DNA of 62,842 nucleotides, the filler included, from Sphacelaria rigidula (Eukaryota), in the NCBI GenBank assembly GCA_964200075.2. It is 8 parts of 8 records of this genome, joined end to end, with 100 filler letters (N's around TTAATTAATTAA, not from the genome) between each part and the next. Parts side by side here need not be neighbours in the genome. Positions count along the whole stretch, not along the records: positions 23,608 to 31,375 come from CAXNAA020013514.1; positions 31,476 to 39,243 come from CAXNAA020013515.1; 6 more parts are not named here. One strand, 5' to 3'. The notes under the pieces were generated by a model. That model worked only from the letters and a program-made list of their open reading frames with translations. It was not told where the DNA came from and did no database searches. This document shows, piece by piece, positions 23,608-37,235 of this stretch. The position numbers were made by a program, and so were the translations under genes. Positions within the stretch are counted from its first letter, which is position 1. Each line of letters starts with the position of its first letter.

Positions 23608-25886
23608 GAGATAAGAGGCTCCTAACAATTCTAACCTCAGAAATTATTTCTGTACCCCTACCGTAGCATCACTCCCTGGCTTTGCCCTAACATGAACCGA
23701 AGGCGATGGGTCCATACAACCTCGCTCTTTGGCGATCGTGGTTCCGCCTGATGCCGGCGCTGTCCTCATGGTCCACCTCTCCTGTCTTTGTGTGCTCCGA
23801 TACTAACAGGACACATCCGTCACCCGCACCCCACCCTCGTGTCTTACCATGTGTTGGCGTCTTCCAGGCCACGAACGACACGCTGATTACTGTCATCGAG
23901 GATGTCAACATGGTCGAGTTCACGTACCCCATGAATGCGTTGAACTGAGTGGGGATCGCGCAAGTTCTCCGGTGCGTGGTGGGGAGTTTTACACACTGGT
24001 GTAGCATTGGGAAAGCGGCTACTGCCGTGCTTTTTCGAAACCGTATATTCTGCAGCAGTGGGTTCGTGCCACACCGGAGTGGAACTACGACCCTGGTGCT
24101 GAGCAAGCAGCGTACGACTTCTTCCTGCAGACGTTTCACAACGTGCGATTTGCCGATTGTTGCAGGCGATTAGGAGAGAGACAGCCACGCGGCAGGCTCT
24201 GCGTGCAACGTTGAAGGCCGCCCCCCTTGCTGTCAAGCCTGAAGCGCCACCTGCGAACAGGAGCGGCGATGGTGCTTCGGGTGGCACTGACAGAATCGCG
24301 CTGGCGCGAAGGCAGCTCTGCCTGCGGTGAAGTTGACCGACGTGTCCTTCGTGAAGCTCACAGTCAGCCTGTTGAGGGACCACACCCAGGTCATGGTAGG
24401 TAGCCTGAAGGTTCAGAGGAAGGCCCAAAAAATACGCCCATGAGCGCAGCTTCATCACCTGGTGCCGGGGATTATTACTGCTGGGGAGGGCAGTGAAGTG
24501 TTGGAGAATTTCGACGACGTCCGGGTAGCATCGGCCATGGAAGCCGTCGATGTCGACGTAGGTTCGCAACGGTAGAGGGAACGCTATGTCTGGTGACTTT
24601 TATTTTGTCTTCTCGATAGTGTGAAGGGTACGGCGATGTAAGCTTCACCCACGACAAATGTACACATGGCCGCGCTTGATTCGCGTCTGTGGTTAAGGGT
24701 AGCGTGGTGTGCCTTGTTTTCTGACGTGTCGCTCAAGTAGTGTGTCTGTGAACTTTTGGTGACAGCTGTGTGTGTAGGGCATGCGTGTGGGATACACCGT
24801 GACCACTAGGGGTAACTCATACGTTTCAGAAGTGGCACGACAGCCACCGGATATCTATCTCGGTTACCAAAATATCGGAGCACGTCGCACTTGCTACGGT
24901 AGATGTTCAAGTGGCGAGCTGTCATGCGCAAGGAATTACCAAGGAATCGGGGCTGGTTTGCATAAGTTGTGCATAATAACCCCCACGTGTTTCATATTGG
25001 GGCATTTGAAGATGAGCGTTCATCCTCAAGACGGATATTGCACGCACGGTACATCGTGTGAAACGGAGTCGGTTCCACTTTATTCATTTTTTTCTTCATC
25101 GTTTTTTCCGCGATTGCCAACAAGTTTTCCTCGCCTGCGACCGCATGTCGCTGTGCACGATTCCTTCCAAAGATTGGGAATCAGGGTATATTTGCGCAAC
25201 ATACCGTAGTGAGGATCATCGATGTACAATATCGGACGACCCATGGGCTGACCGGCCCTCGGGCGTCCTGCGACTTTGCAGCCCCGGGTTTTCACATGTT
25301 TGCGTTTTCGTTCGATTTAAACAATCACGATCATTCTCGTGGAGCAAATACTGGGCATTGTTGCTGTAGTCTACTGTTCGTCGCTCAAAAGCCGGGAAAT
25401 TGTGTTTATGGGACCACTGATGGTCGATAAAACCCACCTTATACACGGCATTCGTACTCCATATCACCACGATAAGACGGGGCGAAGGGAAGAGTCCCGA
25501 GCACCACTTGCTTAATTTTCAAAAATCTGTCGACGCCAGAACTTTCGAGTGCTAGGGATGAATGCCACGGTATTTAGTTCAGGAAAATACCCGACGGTGA
25601 TATTTTCCGAACCGCGTTCCGTGCAGCTCAGGGGTCGTGAATCAATCCTGATCACTCTCTTGACAAATGTTGAGTGATGCTACGATTGGGGTGCACGAAT
25701 ATTTCTCAGGCTTAGAATTGTTCGCAGTTATGTATGTGAGAGCACGCTAGGATGACTATTTCAATGTGCTAGGGACATCCCGGATGAAATTTGCAAGCGG
25801 GGATACCCCGACCCATATTCTTGTGCATCTAGAATGGTTGGGAGCCCCTGAACCAGACAAAATTTTGCGAAAAAGGTGCACCTCTA
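23608..25886 (+). mobile_element. Decayed probable hAT-type DNA transposon (3' part)
   Basis: Frameshifted peptide at 23865-24170 (VIEDVNMVEFTYPM..IARKF..SGYCRAFSK..LQQWVR) loosely resembles the hAT dimerisation motif. The terminal region 25765-25886 (ends ...GTGCACCTCTA) is homologous to 52262-52381 (...GTGCAGACCCTA). Confidence 0.4.
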
Positions 25887-28800
25887 CCATAGCATTGCTC
25901 TGTTGCAGACTCTTGTAATTTTCTGTACCTGTTTATTGCGCGAGATCTGGAAATAAGTAAGTGTCGCTGATACAAAATGGCCAAAAACACCCCTGTAGTT
26001 ATCCGGAATTAAGAATTTCAGTTCCTGTTTGGGCGAATTTTTCTCATGGAATATTTTTCGGCTATATGTGAAATATGGCATCAATTATCTCCATACTGAG
26101 TGTTACCTTTCCGGTCAAACCGGGGCACTTCCGAATCCATACAGATCTGTGCCCAAAATCTGTACGGATTCGGGATTGTCCGGGGTTCAGCATGAGCCTG
26201 GCATGCCAAAGTCAACGTCCAGAGAATCGGAGATTTGATATGGTCTCCTCACAGCTAGCCGCAAAACATTGCCCGTAGTACCTAAGTCCTTGAAATCAAA
26301 TCACGGGAGAAAATCGCCTGCAGACGGTCTGAAATCATCACGTCTGTACGAATACAGATTGATTCCCATGAAAAAATGGTTCAATACCTGCAACAATAAG
26401 CGGAAATCTTTCATTTTGTTTCGGGATGTGGAACGGGCGCGTAGTATTTGCCCATCCCCACATCTTAAGGTCGAGCGTCCAGTGCGATGAACAACGACAC
26501 GCTAGGAAGGCTGTTGAAGATCACCGAGTCCGACAATACGCCGTAAATATCCTGATTTAGATCGAAATGACTGCACGAGCTGGGCCAGCCTGAAAACGGA
26601 TCCAAGCTCTCACAGTTCTCGTGCGGAAGATCTCCGCATCCAAGTTTATTGTGTGAAATGGCTATTGCTTCTAAGCATACACAATGCCTTGAGTAAGCGG
26701 CGAACATAAACAATCTTGATTTCTCTTCTTGTCGTAACGCTATATACGTGCGGAGATGGAATGTAACTCAAGTTTATTCTGAACCACTATCGGCGCGTAT
26801 AGCGAGTGATGACTGTTGGCCTCAATTTTTTCCTGCAGCACGAGCGAAGGATCGATACCCGCGCCTGCACCTAACTGATTTGCTTCCCTCGGAATATGGC
26901 GTTCATAATTTTTCACATTTGGCTCAACATCTCACGTGCACGCACACAACACGTACTAAATTTTACTTTTGAGTGTCATAAAACTGGCGGCGCTTTCAAC
27001 TCTGGCAGGGGATGTTGGAGGCAATACATAAAGGGAGGGTTGAGGGGCATGGAAAATTGAGCGAAGGATAGCTCCGTGATGAATGTGCATAGCTTTTCTC
27101 ACTCAAATCAGTTTCCCTGCTTGTCAAAAATTCGTAGGGCGAATCGCAAGGGCACATGGTAAACACCGTCCAGGCGGGTCTTCATTTTGTGGGTGTTGCT
27201 TCGTGAGCCAACAACGTCATCGGCATTACATTGTCATTGCTGCACTAGGAGATCCCCAACTCATGAAGAATAACTCACGTGGGGCATTTCCGCTCATGTT
27301 TACCACGCCCTAGCGATTCTCCAGATAGCATGTTAAAGAACAATCACGAAAACGGGGATGGTGGATGGCCTACATGAAACCGTTTCGAAAATCGGCATGT
27401 CCAAACTGTGTAGCGCCCATCATCATCTCCACCTTGAGGTTCAGATTTTCACATTTGGCATGGAGAATGAAGAGAGCCTGACAATATATACATATATATA
27501 TTGCTCATTGTTTCATGACTTTCGGATATTGTCGTGAAGAAGGGATCTCGTTTGTGTCGCCTAACTCATGGCGAAACGAAGTGTTCATAACCCGAACCAT
27601 TTCAGCTATCACGCGGTGCCCATTCTGTACGTCGAATTTGAAATTCCGACCCTCGAATGTGAAGTAAGTATGGACCTGCACCGCGCACATCCAGTCCGAG
27701 GCTGGCTTACCTCGGAAGCGGATATTGCCCCGAAAAAAAGACTACGCCAATACACCCTGGAATCTTCAGATGGCAGCAGTTGATTTTCTTCCCACAACGT
27801 TTTTCTGGACAATATTGGAGCCCACAAAGAATATGCAACACGAAACTGCTAGGTTCTTGTCAACGTGACCGTTTGATGATGGAAACGCAATCGTAAAAAT
27901 AATCGCAACCGGATAACGGAACCATGTCTACGAAGCGTGTCAGCAACAGTGGGAGGTAATTTCAAGGTGCAAACACCTGCCTCGGCCTCTTTACCGCCGT
28001 GAAATGACTCTGCAGGACCAACGAGGCAGTTTTCTACGTGTGTTTCACCTCTTGGACATAGCAAGTGGCATCAGGCGGCCAAACAAGAATGAAAAAAGTC
28101 TACGCAGGCAACACTGCCCACAGCAGGCATACCAACGTGCTCATGCTCGCGATGTCGCCGACGAAATTACAGACACGGACGCGTACAGCGAGATGCATAA
28201 TGAACATCAACGATGGAACCGCGTTCAACAGAAAGAAACAGAGCGTCAACCACGACCCGCAACTTCCCGGTGTACTCCATTCATCCTAACGTAGCCGACT
28301 TGGGCAGTTATAGGCTGATCTATTGCTGTAGGCGCGAGGGGTAAGACTGGTTTTACTGGCAGTCACCAAATCTCGACCTGTACGTAGATCGGGGAACCTC
28401 AAACCGGGGAACGCATTCTACGCACCCCAATGTGGATCAGATTGGGGAAGCTCAAACCGAGAATGTCACGAATTGAAAACGTTTTCCCCCGATTTTTCGC
28501 CAAATCGGGGGAAAGTTGAGATTAACCCAATCTGTACGAAGTCACGTATGTGCAGTGACGTACGGCGACAGGGCAACAGATGTCTGATATTTTAAGACCA
28601 CAGCAGCAGACAGCCTTGCGACAGCGCAGGCCGTGCCTCTCCGCCGGATGCTGCAGAAACTTCGCATAGGTTCGACAAGCGGATAAGAAGTGTTGACACC
28701 GCACTCGGCGGCGATGGTAATATTTCAGCTGCACTACGCTGCCGTATGTATCACCATAACCAACAGTACTATACAGTCTGTTCTCTCTATTGTCGCTGTA

Positions 28801-31475
28801 CTTGCAGGGTGATGTACGGCACTGCACTACTGAACCTTTTTTGCACACTGTTTACTATTCTCGCAAAACTGCGACTGTGCCATCATTTATTACCACACGG
28901 CATTACCGTGTATTACGGAGGTGATGGAGGGTACCATGGTCCGACACTGTACCCGAAGGTTGATTCACCGTCTGTCTACTCTTCTTCGGCTTCACTAGTA
29001 CGTGATACCACACCCATTCAAAAATGACCGTTCGTGTACAAAACTACCTCACAAGTCTGAGACTAAAAAACGTCCCCACGGATCTGACTTTAGCAAACAT
29101 GATTTCCCCATTTCCTCACAGATTGGGTCCGAACAGAATCGAGATTCGTCCCCATAAGAAGTCTTCTAACCACACTAATGGAGTCCTTAACCCTGGCATC
29201 ACCAAAAAAAAGACAGGCTGCGTCGGCAAAGCCATATCGACAACCCACTCGTAGTCCACGCGCTATGGCGAACTATGCGTGAACTCCACCCGTATCCAAC
29301 CGCACTTGCCGGTCAAGATGCCTCCCTCATCACAAGTTGCCACTACGACTGCTGGCCCGTGGGGACCGGGATGTGTCCTCCGGTGTATTCTAATTCATTC
29401 CCCTGGGTCCAGTCACATGGGCGACACAGTCCCAGTCGGAGATATTAGCGGCGTCTTTCCCTCGGCAGCGTTGGTGAGACAACACCGATACCGCTCCCGT
29501 CCCTCCCAGATCAACCAGGAAGTCGATGTTGCCCCGGTTCGGACCCCTACGGGGTGCATTCTGGCGCTGTTCCCCATGAAAGATACCCACCAAGTTGCCA
29601 TGGCGCACCGCGGACATGGCCTGCTCCTTCGTCGGGTTCCTGCGCGAACCCAGCCCAGCTCGGATGTGCGTAAATCAGTGCTCATGAATGCCCTGCATGT
29701 TGCGCTGAGGAGATCATTCACACCTGAATTGGGCGAACGATAGCAACAATCAACTCCCGTGGACATGCACCGACATGGATCGGAAAGCGTGGGACACCTA
29801 CGGCACGGTGTCGTGAGCACATACCTTCGGTGCTATCGCGCAGAGTCGGCGACGCTTTGGTCGCTATTTGGGCAATTGCCAAAACCGTTATACTGCTTGC
29901 ATTTTCGCCAGAGTCCGTTGGCGGCGTGATTTCGTCAATCAGGTGGCAGCACATGTTGCATTTCTGAAGTGCATCTTCAGCTGCACCGGATTTTGGCGAA
30001 AATGCGAGCGGTATAACAGTCTTTCGGCGATTGCCCTCCACGTTTGGTGCAGCACCTGTAGTACAACAGTAAAGTACTGTACAGAACATGACAGTACACT
30101 ACAGCACTACATAGATGGACCACTTCACCCCAATACGAATGGTGAGCGATACAACAGACATACACGATACACGACACGAAGTCTACAAGGACATGAAGCC
30201 TGCAAAACGTGTGCCCTCACAATCTAGCACATAAACGCAGCACGATACGGCTGCACTTCTCGTGCCTGCAAACTAGCGAAAATGATGTCTCGTTTCACCG
30301 TTTGGCAGGGTCGTGTGGATGATGCCGCAAGATCCTGCAGGGGTTAATTTCAAGATTACACGCCGTTCTCCACACTGCACGGGTCGATTGATCCCAAATT
30401 TCGCACAGCGTCGGTCAACTATATACACAACAAGATGGACCAGGCGTTGCAGACCGTTGATCAAAGGGACTCGGATGCACTCGCTTCTCGGCAGGGACAT
30501 GCGGGTGCCGACTGCTGTCTGTAGAGTGTACACCTGCCGCTAGGGGCACCGACCTTGCCACTCACCGGATGAAATGAGAAGATTTCACTTGCTCAGATGT
30601 TTGCAAACGTAGCGCAGTTGCTCCTCGTCACTTCTTGCGGTCCCTCGTTGGCTGCAACTACTGCGCCGGTGGCTGTAGTGGGTCGCACCAATTGGCCAAA
30701 CTGTTGTCCATGCCCCGTCTACATTGTCATGTTCTAACGAAAAAAACGCTCCATCACTATGTCACAGCCCAAAAAATATTTATTGTTTCCATCTGAGTGT
30801 ATAGGATGTTCGGAATCAAAACAAGTGCATACCCTATGGTAGATATGTCATACCCTCTGGTGCTAAACTTCCGTCGCGTTTTTGTATGCTCGATCACATC
30901 TAACAGTGGATCCTAGAAAATGGGGTTCATCCAAACGATGAGGTTGAAGTGGCATTTCTCTTTTGCAGGAAAGACACGAAACACTTACAACCGAGCGAAG
31001 CCATCTTTCCCCCCAAGTGTCCGCAGCGGTTAAGCAGCTGTGGCTAGGCGCACCTTACAAATGCGGTGTACACACGTGTCGATAACGATATAACCAGAGA
31101 GAGAACCAACGACAGAGAGGAAGCTCCTCGCCCGTATCGTTTGTGTGTCCTCGCTCGGCGATTACCAATCGCTCGAGAAACTGGCACCATCGATGTTATT
31201 ACACCAGCATGTGCCAAATTTTCCATGTACCAGAACATCGACGTGCGGAGAGATTCCGTCTCTGCTTGCCTGTCGTGCTCACGAACGCGAAAACCGATTT
31301 CTCTCTGCCTCTCTCTTTGGACAGGACGCGCCTCTGTGCGCTGAAAAACATGTCGTTGAAAAACAGGGCAATGTTNNNNNNNNNNNNNNNNNNNNNNNNN
31401 NNNNNNNNNNNNNNNNNNNTTAATTAATTAANNNNNNNNNNNNNNNNNNNNNNNNNNNNNNNNNNNNNNNNNNNN

Positions 31476-32972
31476 ACCCTGTGGGGTGCACTGTGCAGGA
31501 TCCGTACAGGGTCCTCCACAGTCTTTGTATAAAACCCTGACAGTGAAAATCCAAACCTGTACCCCTCGTAGCGTTTTGATAGGGGTTTCCCCAGGGTTGG
31601 GTTTACAGCCCTGTGTAGACTTGTCGGCAAAGCCCTGCACAGTCATGTGGTAGTGCTTTGGTAAAAAACCCTGACTTTTTTTTTTCTTGAAAATTCCAAA
31701 TATTTTGGCACAAAATATGAAAATTTGTATATTTTCAATAGATTGACCTCCTGTCCGAGGTAAATTCCTCTTCACCTGGTTTGAATCGGGCAAAAAGGAA
31801 TTTATTTTGGACAGCAGAACAAGCTATTCAAAACAGATCCTTTCTCGCCCAATTTATTTCGGCAAAAAAAGGATTTATTTCGAACAGCAGAAGAAGCTGT
31901 TCAAAATCGATTTTTTTATCGCCCATTTTTGAAATGAGCGAAAAAAGGATCTATTTCGAACAGCTTCTTCTGCTGCTGCGCAAATCCCATGCACACTGGC
32001 AGATTTGGAATTTGAACAGCAGAAGAAGCTCGAAATAAATCTTCACTTTGCACTCCAATTCATCCGGAGATTGGGGGAAGAAGATTTATTGCGAGCAGCG
32101 TCAGCTGCTGGGCAAATCCCGCATACTGCACCGTTATCAGCATATGGGATCCGACACGCAGAAAAAAATGTTGAAAGTAATTCATCCTTTTGCTCCCCGG
32201 TCCATGCGCATGGGCTAAAGGATGAATATAATTCTCAACAGCTTTTGCTGCATGGAGATACGACACACTGATTACGATCGAGTGTATGTCCACACGCCTA
32301 CGAGTCTAGATACGACGCTTTCGCTCAAGACGTGGATAGTGAAATGACGGTATATACCTCGCATATGAGTGCACATTGTTTTTGGAAACCCCGTGGTCCG
32401 CAGTCTATCAAAATCACTCAACCTAGTAAGCTTTTGCTTAGAGAGGTTTTTGCTTTTTAGTTATCAGAAGCACAAAATAATTCCGTTGTGGACAACAAAT
32501 CAGGTAGCTCAATGTACAACCTGACGCACTTCCAAACACAAAATCTCGAGTTCCATCCTCACCCCTGCCACTCTACGCATGTTATTTTCTGCCAGTACCA
32601 TGCGCATGCTGTATGGAGCATATTGTATGTATGCAGTGCCGAGTGACTGTGGCACAAAATATCACCCAACAGTCAAATCCCCGTGAGAAACCCTGCATTG
32701 TTTCCTTGAACCCTGAGCAGCGTCCTGTGGGGCGCAAAAAAAAAACTACAGCCAGATCCCCGCGAGAAATACTGCACAGTTTCCCTGAACCCTGTAGACG
32801 TGCCCCACAGGGTGCTGGTTGTCCACGTGCGCATGGCCACTGTAGAGGAACCCTGCGGAGCGTCCTGTGCTACGCTGGAAAACACTGTACAGTAAACTTC
32901 CCGCCAGTAACACTGTGCAGGGCACGTAAACCCTGTAGACCTCCTCCACAGGGTGCTATCTGCCCACGTGTG
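31476..32972. mobile_element. Non-autonomous DNA element with ACCCTGT subterminal repeats (CACTA/EnSpm-like architecture); same terminus at 47211-47457
   Basis: Shared end AAACCCTGTAGAC...ACAGGGTGCTATCTG(C/T)CCAC(G/A)TGTG in two independent contigs. Multiple ACCCTGT/ACAGGGT repeats. Confidence 0.6.
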
Positions 32973-33322
32973 CACCTCACTGACATGAGTTCAGCCCACT
33001 TGTCCGACTGCCTCGGCTCCGAGGTTCCGGAAGCGACCTGAAAAAGCTCAAACTGAGTACGAGCTGTGATTGAAGATAAAGAGGAAAACCTTACCTCCGG
33101 TAAAAAAGAGGGTGATGGAGCAGAGTCCAACCCCCGAGATGACTGCCGGGGACCCCAGTGCAACCACTCTGGAAATGAGTGGGGGAGACGAGTAATTCCG
33201 AATGGATACGTTTGGCAACATTAGACCGATACCGTGAGCGCGAACAGTTGAACAGCGCTGGCAAGGGGAGTCGCCTTCCTCGGAGTGAAAGTGACGGGGA
33301 TTGAATCCTCACGACTAACTTT

Positions 33323-33410
33323 TGTGACGATTTATAGGCAACCGATTAGACTACCGTACAGTCAGCGCTGACTGCACGGTAGTCTAATAGGTTGCCTATC
33401 AATCGTTGCA
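33323..33410. repeat. Near-perfect loopless palindrome
   Basis: 33334-33399: 33-bp arms with 2 mismatches, centred on AGC|GCT (33366/33367), extending imperfectly outward. Confidence 0.95.
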
Positions 33411-34446
33411 GAGCATATGTAATGTCCAGAAGAATGTTTGTAGATATTTACATGCCGTTTTGATATTTTTCTACGTCCATCTTCGTTCTCTTCGAGAACA
33501 TCTTTCAGCAACACCGGACCAAAGCAAATCGGACAAGTCGTCGTCCACATTTCTTGTCATTGCGGTGACAAATAGTTTCCAAGACACGTGATGGCGAAAT
33601 GCCTCGCTTTGGGAGCAAGAATAATAATAATACATGTCTCGAAAGTCAATATCGAAGCAAAAATTCCAACCTCCATGAAAAATGGCCGAACTTGCGTGAA
33701 GGGGGTGAGGATCTCAACAAAAATAATTAAAGATCAAAATCGGAATCGATTTTCGACGTTGCAGTTGGGTCCGGCACCGGCAGCGGAAATGCTTCAGCGA
33801 TGCATGAGCCAATGGTCAAAAGAACAGCAGCTGGCGAAACACCGCCAACCTCAGGAGACTGGACGCTGACGAAGAGAGTTGCAACGCACCGCAAAGAGTG
33901 CACACCTACTCTGAGAATACCTCTTTTCCAATCAAGTTTCATGTTCTTCTTTTGACATACATTCGCCAAGAAGTGAGGTGGCAGTGACTCTTTTCGCCCA
34001 GATCGCGCACAGCGGAATCGGTGCCGAAACTGAACATTTTGAGGCAGGATCTCTAGAGCACACAACTAGTTTCATCGGCCAATGATATCCGACTATTTGA
34101 TTTGTTGATTGACTGGTTGTCGTACATTATTTGATTTTGGTCACAAGACGGATGTATCTGAGTTGACACGGAAACGCTTGCTACGGAGAAAGAAATGAAA
34201 ACAAACAACATACACAGAACAAAAAAAAGTAAACGGGGAAACGAAGCTCGAAAGCAAAAGTTAAACAAAAAAAGCAAAGGCAGGGCACGCACAAGAACAC
34301 GAACAAAAACAAAAACAACAACAAACAAAAGCAAAAAGCTGAATCAAGCAGGAAGGGAAAAAAGAGGAGCGGCGAAGGACTAGAAAACAAATGAAGTGAA
34401 AAAAGTGAAATAACATCAACAACGAAAGAAATCTAGACATGGGCAG

Positions 34447-34560
34447 CCCCTGCTGGAGCCTGGTCCGGCGAAAACCCGGCGTGCTTCGTCCCGGCTTTGT
34501 AGGGATGCGAGGTCAACCGTCTTATGACTATGGCATGCACGATCATGAGTACACCCTGCA
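34447..34560 (+). mobile_element. Family B short retroelement copy
   Basis: CCTGGTCCGGCGAAAACCCGGCGTGCTTCGTCCCGGCTTTGTAGGGATGCG...CATGAGTACACCC. CCCTGC occurs at both ends. Confidence 0.75.
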
Positions 34561-35452
34561 GCATAGCTGCGGGTAAAAAAAGGCCTCGCGCTTAACAGCG
34601 CATGCACCCATACACAAAACAAACAATTCCTCCGAGGTCCTAAGGGATGGAAAGGCTTCTACTGAACAAAAATTCAAAAGGTGTCCTGTTCGTCCGGGCC
34701 TCATTACGAAGCTCCGAACCACGCACTTGTTTTTCCCGAACTGATTCGAAGCCCCGCTGCGCGAAAAAAACGTATCATTGCTCTTCTAGCATCAATCGAG
34801 GGGCCCTCAACAAGTTTTAGCTTCATTGGTGCTCATGGCGTTGTGTTTCGCTTCTGTCTCTGGGTGCATTCGAGTACACCCCCATTTCGACCCCTTTTGA
34901 CCGGAGCGAATCTTGATCGAACTTTTCAGACTTGACTGTCGCAACTTCAAACGAGGCACTTTTGGAGGTTGGAGGCATCACACGCAGCAACCGGCTCTCC
35001 GAATCACTTTAAACATCCTCAAGAAGGTTCAGCTTCATTGCTGCTTTCTTTTTTATCTTCGCGTGTGCGTGCCAACGCCGTCCGTGGCTGAGGTGGAGGG
35101 GATGTTGAAGTACGCACGGGTGGACGTTACAGACGTTGCACAAGGTCTGTAACATCCGAAATTGAGGTTAGAGGCACCCCAGTGGCCACCTGTGCGTGAT
35201 CGAGCTATCGGCCATCGGGCACGCGATTGATCGGAACTAATCTCGGTTTACATGTCGACAAACGGCGAGCGTGTGGGTTCCCCTCATCGAAGAGGACGAG
35301 GACGGTAGAGACGTTCACTCTTCGCTACCAAGCTTACTACGAGCGAACTCAAATCGGGTCGTCACGTCGTGAAGGTTTGCCCGGAGAGAAAATAGATCAG
35401 ATAAAAGGGATGGAGCGACCAGAAAATCGGCAAGAAGGTGAGCCTGACTGTA

Positions 35453-36078
35453 GTCAAAATCCGCAAGGAGTTCGCATCTACTATTGTCATCGCTGTCTGT
35501 GTTGGCCTCTCTCCTGTCTTTCCTGCCTCGCCTCTTCTCAGTATACAGCCAAGAGTTCGTGTAATGTGTACTGAGAGTGCCCTCCCTCTGGTGCATATTT
35601 GACGTCGGCAATCCAAGGCAAGGCGTCTGGGGCCTGCTGTTGTTGCTGTGTTCTACTGCGTGTTGCTGTCTCTCCCTTCCTCTCTCTCTCTCCTGGCTTC
35701 CCTCTTGTAAGCCTACCGCCAAGCGTGTGTATTGTATGCTGAGTGTGCTCTCACACTGCACTGTGTGTCAAAATCCGCAAGGAGTTCGCATCTACTATTG
35801 ACATCGCTGTCTGTGTTGGCCTCTCTCTTGTCTTTCCTGCCTCGCCTCTTCTCAGTATACAGCCAAGAGTTCGTGTAATGTGTACTGAGAGTGCCTTCCC
35901 TCTGGTGCATATTTGACGTCGGCAACCCAAGGCAAGGCGTCTGGGGCCTGCTGTTGTTGCTGTGTCCTACTATGTGTTGCTGTCTCTCCCTTCCTCTCTC
36001 TCTCCTGGCTCCCCTCTTGTAAGCCTACCGCCAAGTGTGTGTATTGTATGCTGAGTGTGCTCTCACACTGTACTGTGT
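35453..36078. repeat. Tandem duplication, 2 units of about 313 bp
   Basis: Units start GTCAAAATCCGCAAGGAGTTCGC at 35453 and 35767 and are highly similar throughout. Confidence 0.95.
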
Positions 36079-36179
36079 GTCCGTTACAAACGCCGAGGAG
36101 AAGCCGGAGGTACTTCGTTGAGAACAGTGAACGATAGTGTACTGTGCTGTCTCTTTGTACTGCACTGTCTATAGGTTAT

Positions 36180-36437
36180 CACGGTCGGACGAATTGATGA
36201 TTCGTCTGGAAATTACTTGGTTTTAGTGTCATTGATTCGCACAGTACGAATCAATCCTTGGGCTTTGTTTTCGTCGTTGTAAGCCAGGCACGCGCGACCC
36301 AGGCACGTGGAATGGTGCAAACGTTGCGTGGAGACCTGTTTGACCAGCGATCGACTTTTTTCTCTCTTTCGAGAAATCAGACCTAAAAAATCGCGGATTT
36401 GGCTGTTCGAGCCGGCAATGATTCGCCCAAACCATGG
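36180..36437. mobile_element. MITE family H copy
   Basis: CACGGTCGGACGAAT...ATTCGCCCAAACCATG. Imperfect TSD TAGGTTAT/TAGGTTCT. Confidence 0.75.
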
Positions 36438-37235
36438 TAGGTTCTATCTAAATTATCATGACAGCCAAGTGACAGCTGTTTCGTTCTTTCCTTAGTCGAT
36501 CTGAACAACAATGCAAATCCGGTTTTGCATGATCGGGTTCGTACTCGACTGCAATTCGGCTGGCTAAAAGTTGCATATTACGCAAGTTCGTCCCGATCCA
36601 CGACCCTCAGATCCCGCTACGCTCTGATCCTCCACTATGCTCCTCTTGTGAAAATGAAATATCTATACTTCTCGAAGTATGAATTTCATCCCGGTACTCG
36701 TCAGTTCTGTAAGATTTGTGAAGACTCTCATACCCTACCGAACACACCCTAACCCCGAAAAAAACAGCGCTATTGTCAGGGCTGTTAACAATCAGCTCTG
36801 TTCAGTTCGGTCGAAACTGGCCGCGCCAGTTGCCAGTATATCGATGGTTTTCCAGTTAATCGCCCCTCCCGGCTGGTGGGGGGTGCCGCGTAGAAACGCC
36901 GCCCGAGGCAGAAGAAATTACGGTATTCAATATATATTTCCCTGCAAATATCGGAAATAGTTGTGAAAAATGCAACCACTCACATTGAGCTGCTAAGAGG
37001 CTTGTATTGTTCGAAAATGTCTTCGAACGTGGTAAGCGATTCGAAAATCATCAATCTGTGGAGCAGCAGAGACTCTCCATGAGGACCTGAAGATAGGAAC
37101 AAGTATACCAAGGCTGGCAGTACCTTGGGACAAAGAGCGCAATATATCACCGCGGCTCGTTGAATAGAATGCTTGTATATTTTGTGATCGCCGGTTACCG
37201 TTATTTTTTTTCGGATTAGGTACATATCTGTACAA

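Noticed and set aside
27735-27775. IPGCIG peptide as a PIF/Harbinger transposase motif
   Set aside because: The following catalytic D-G/C-T-H is absent and the frame closes soon after.
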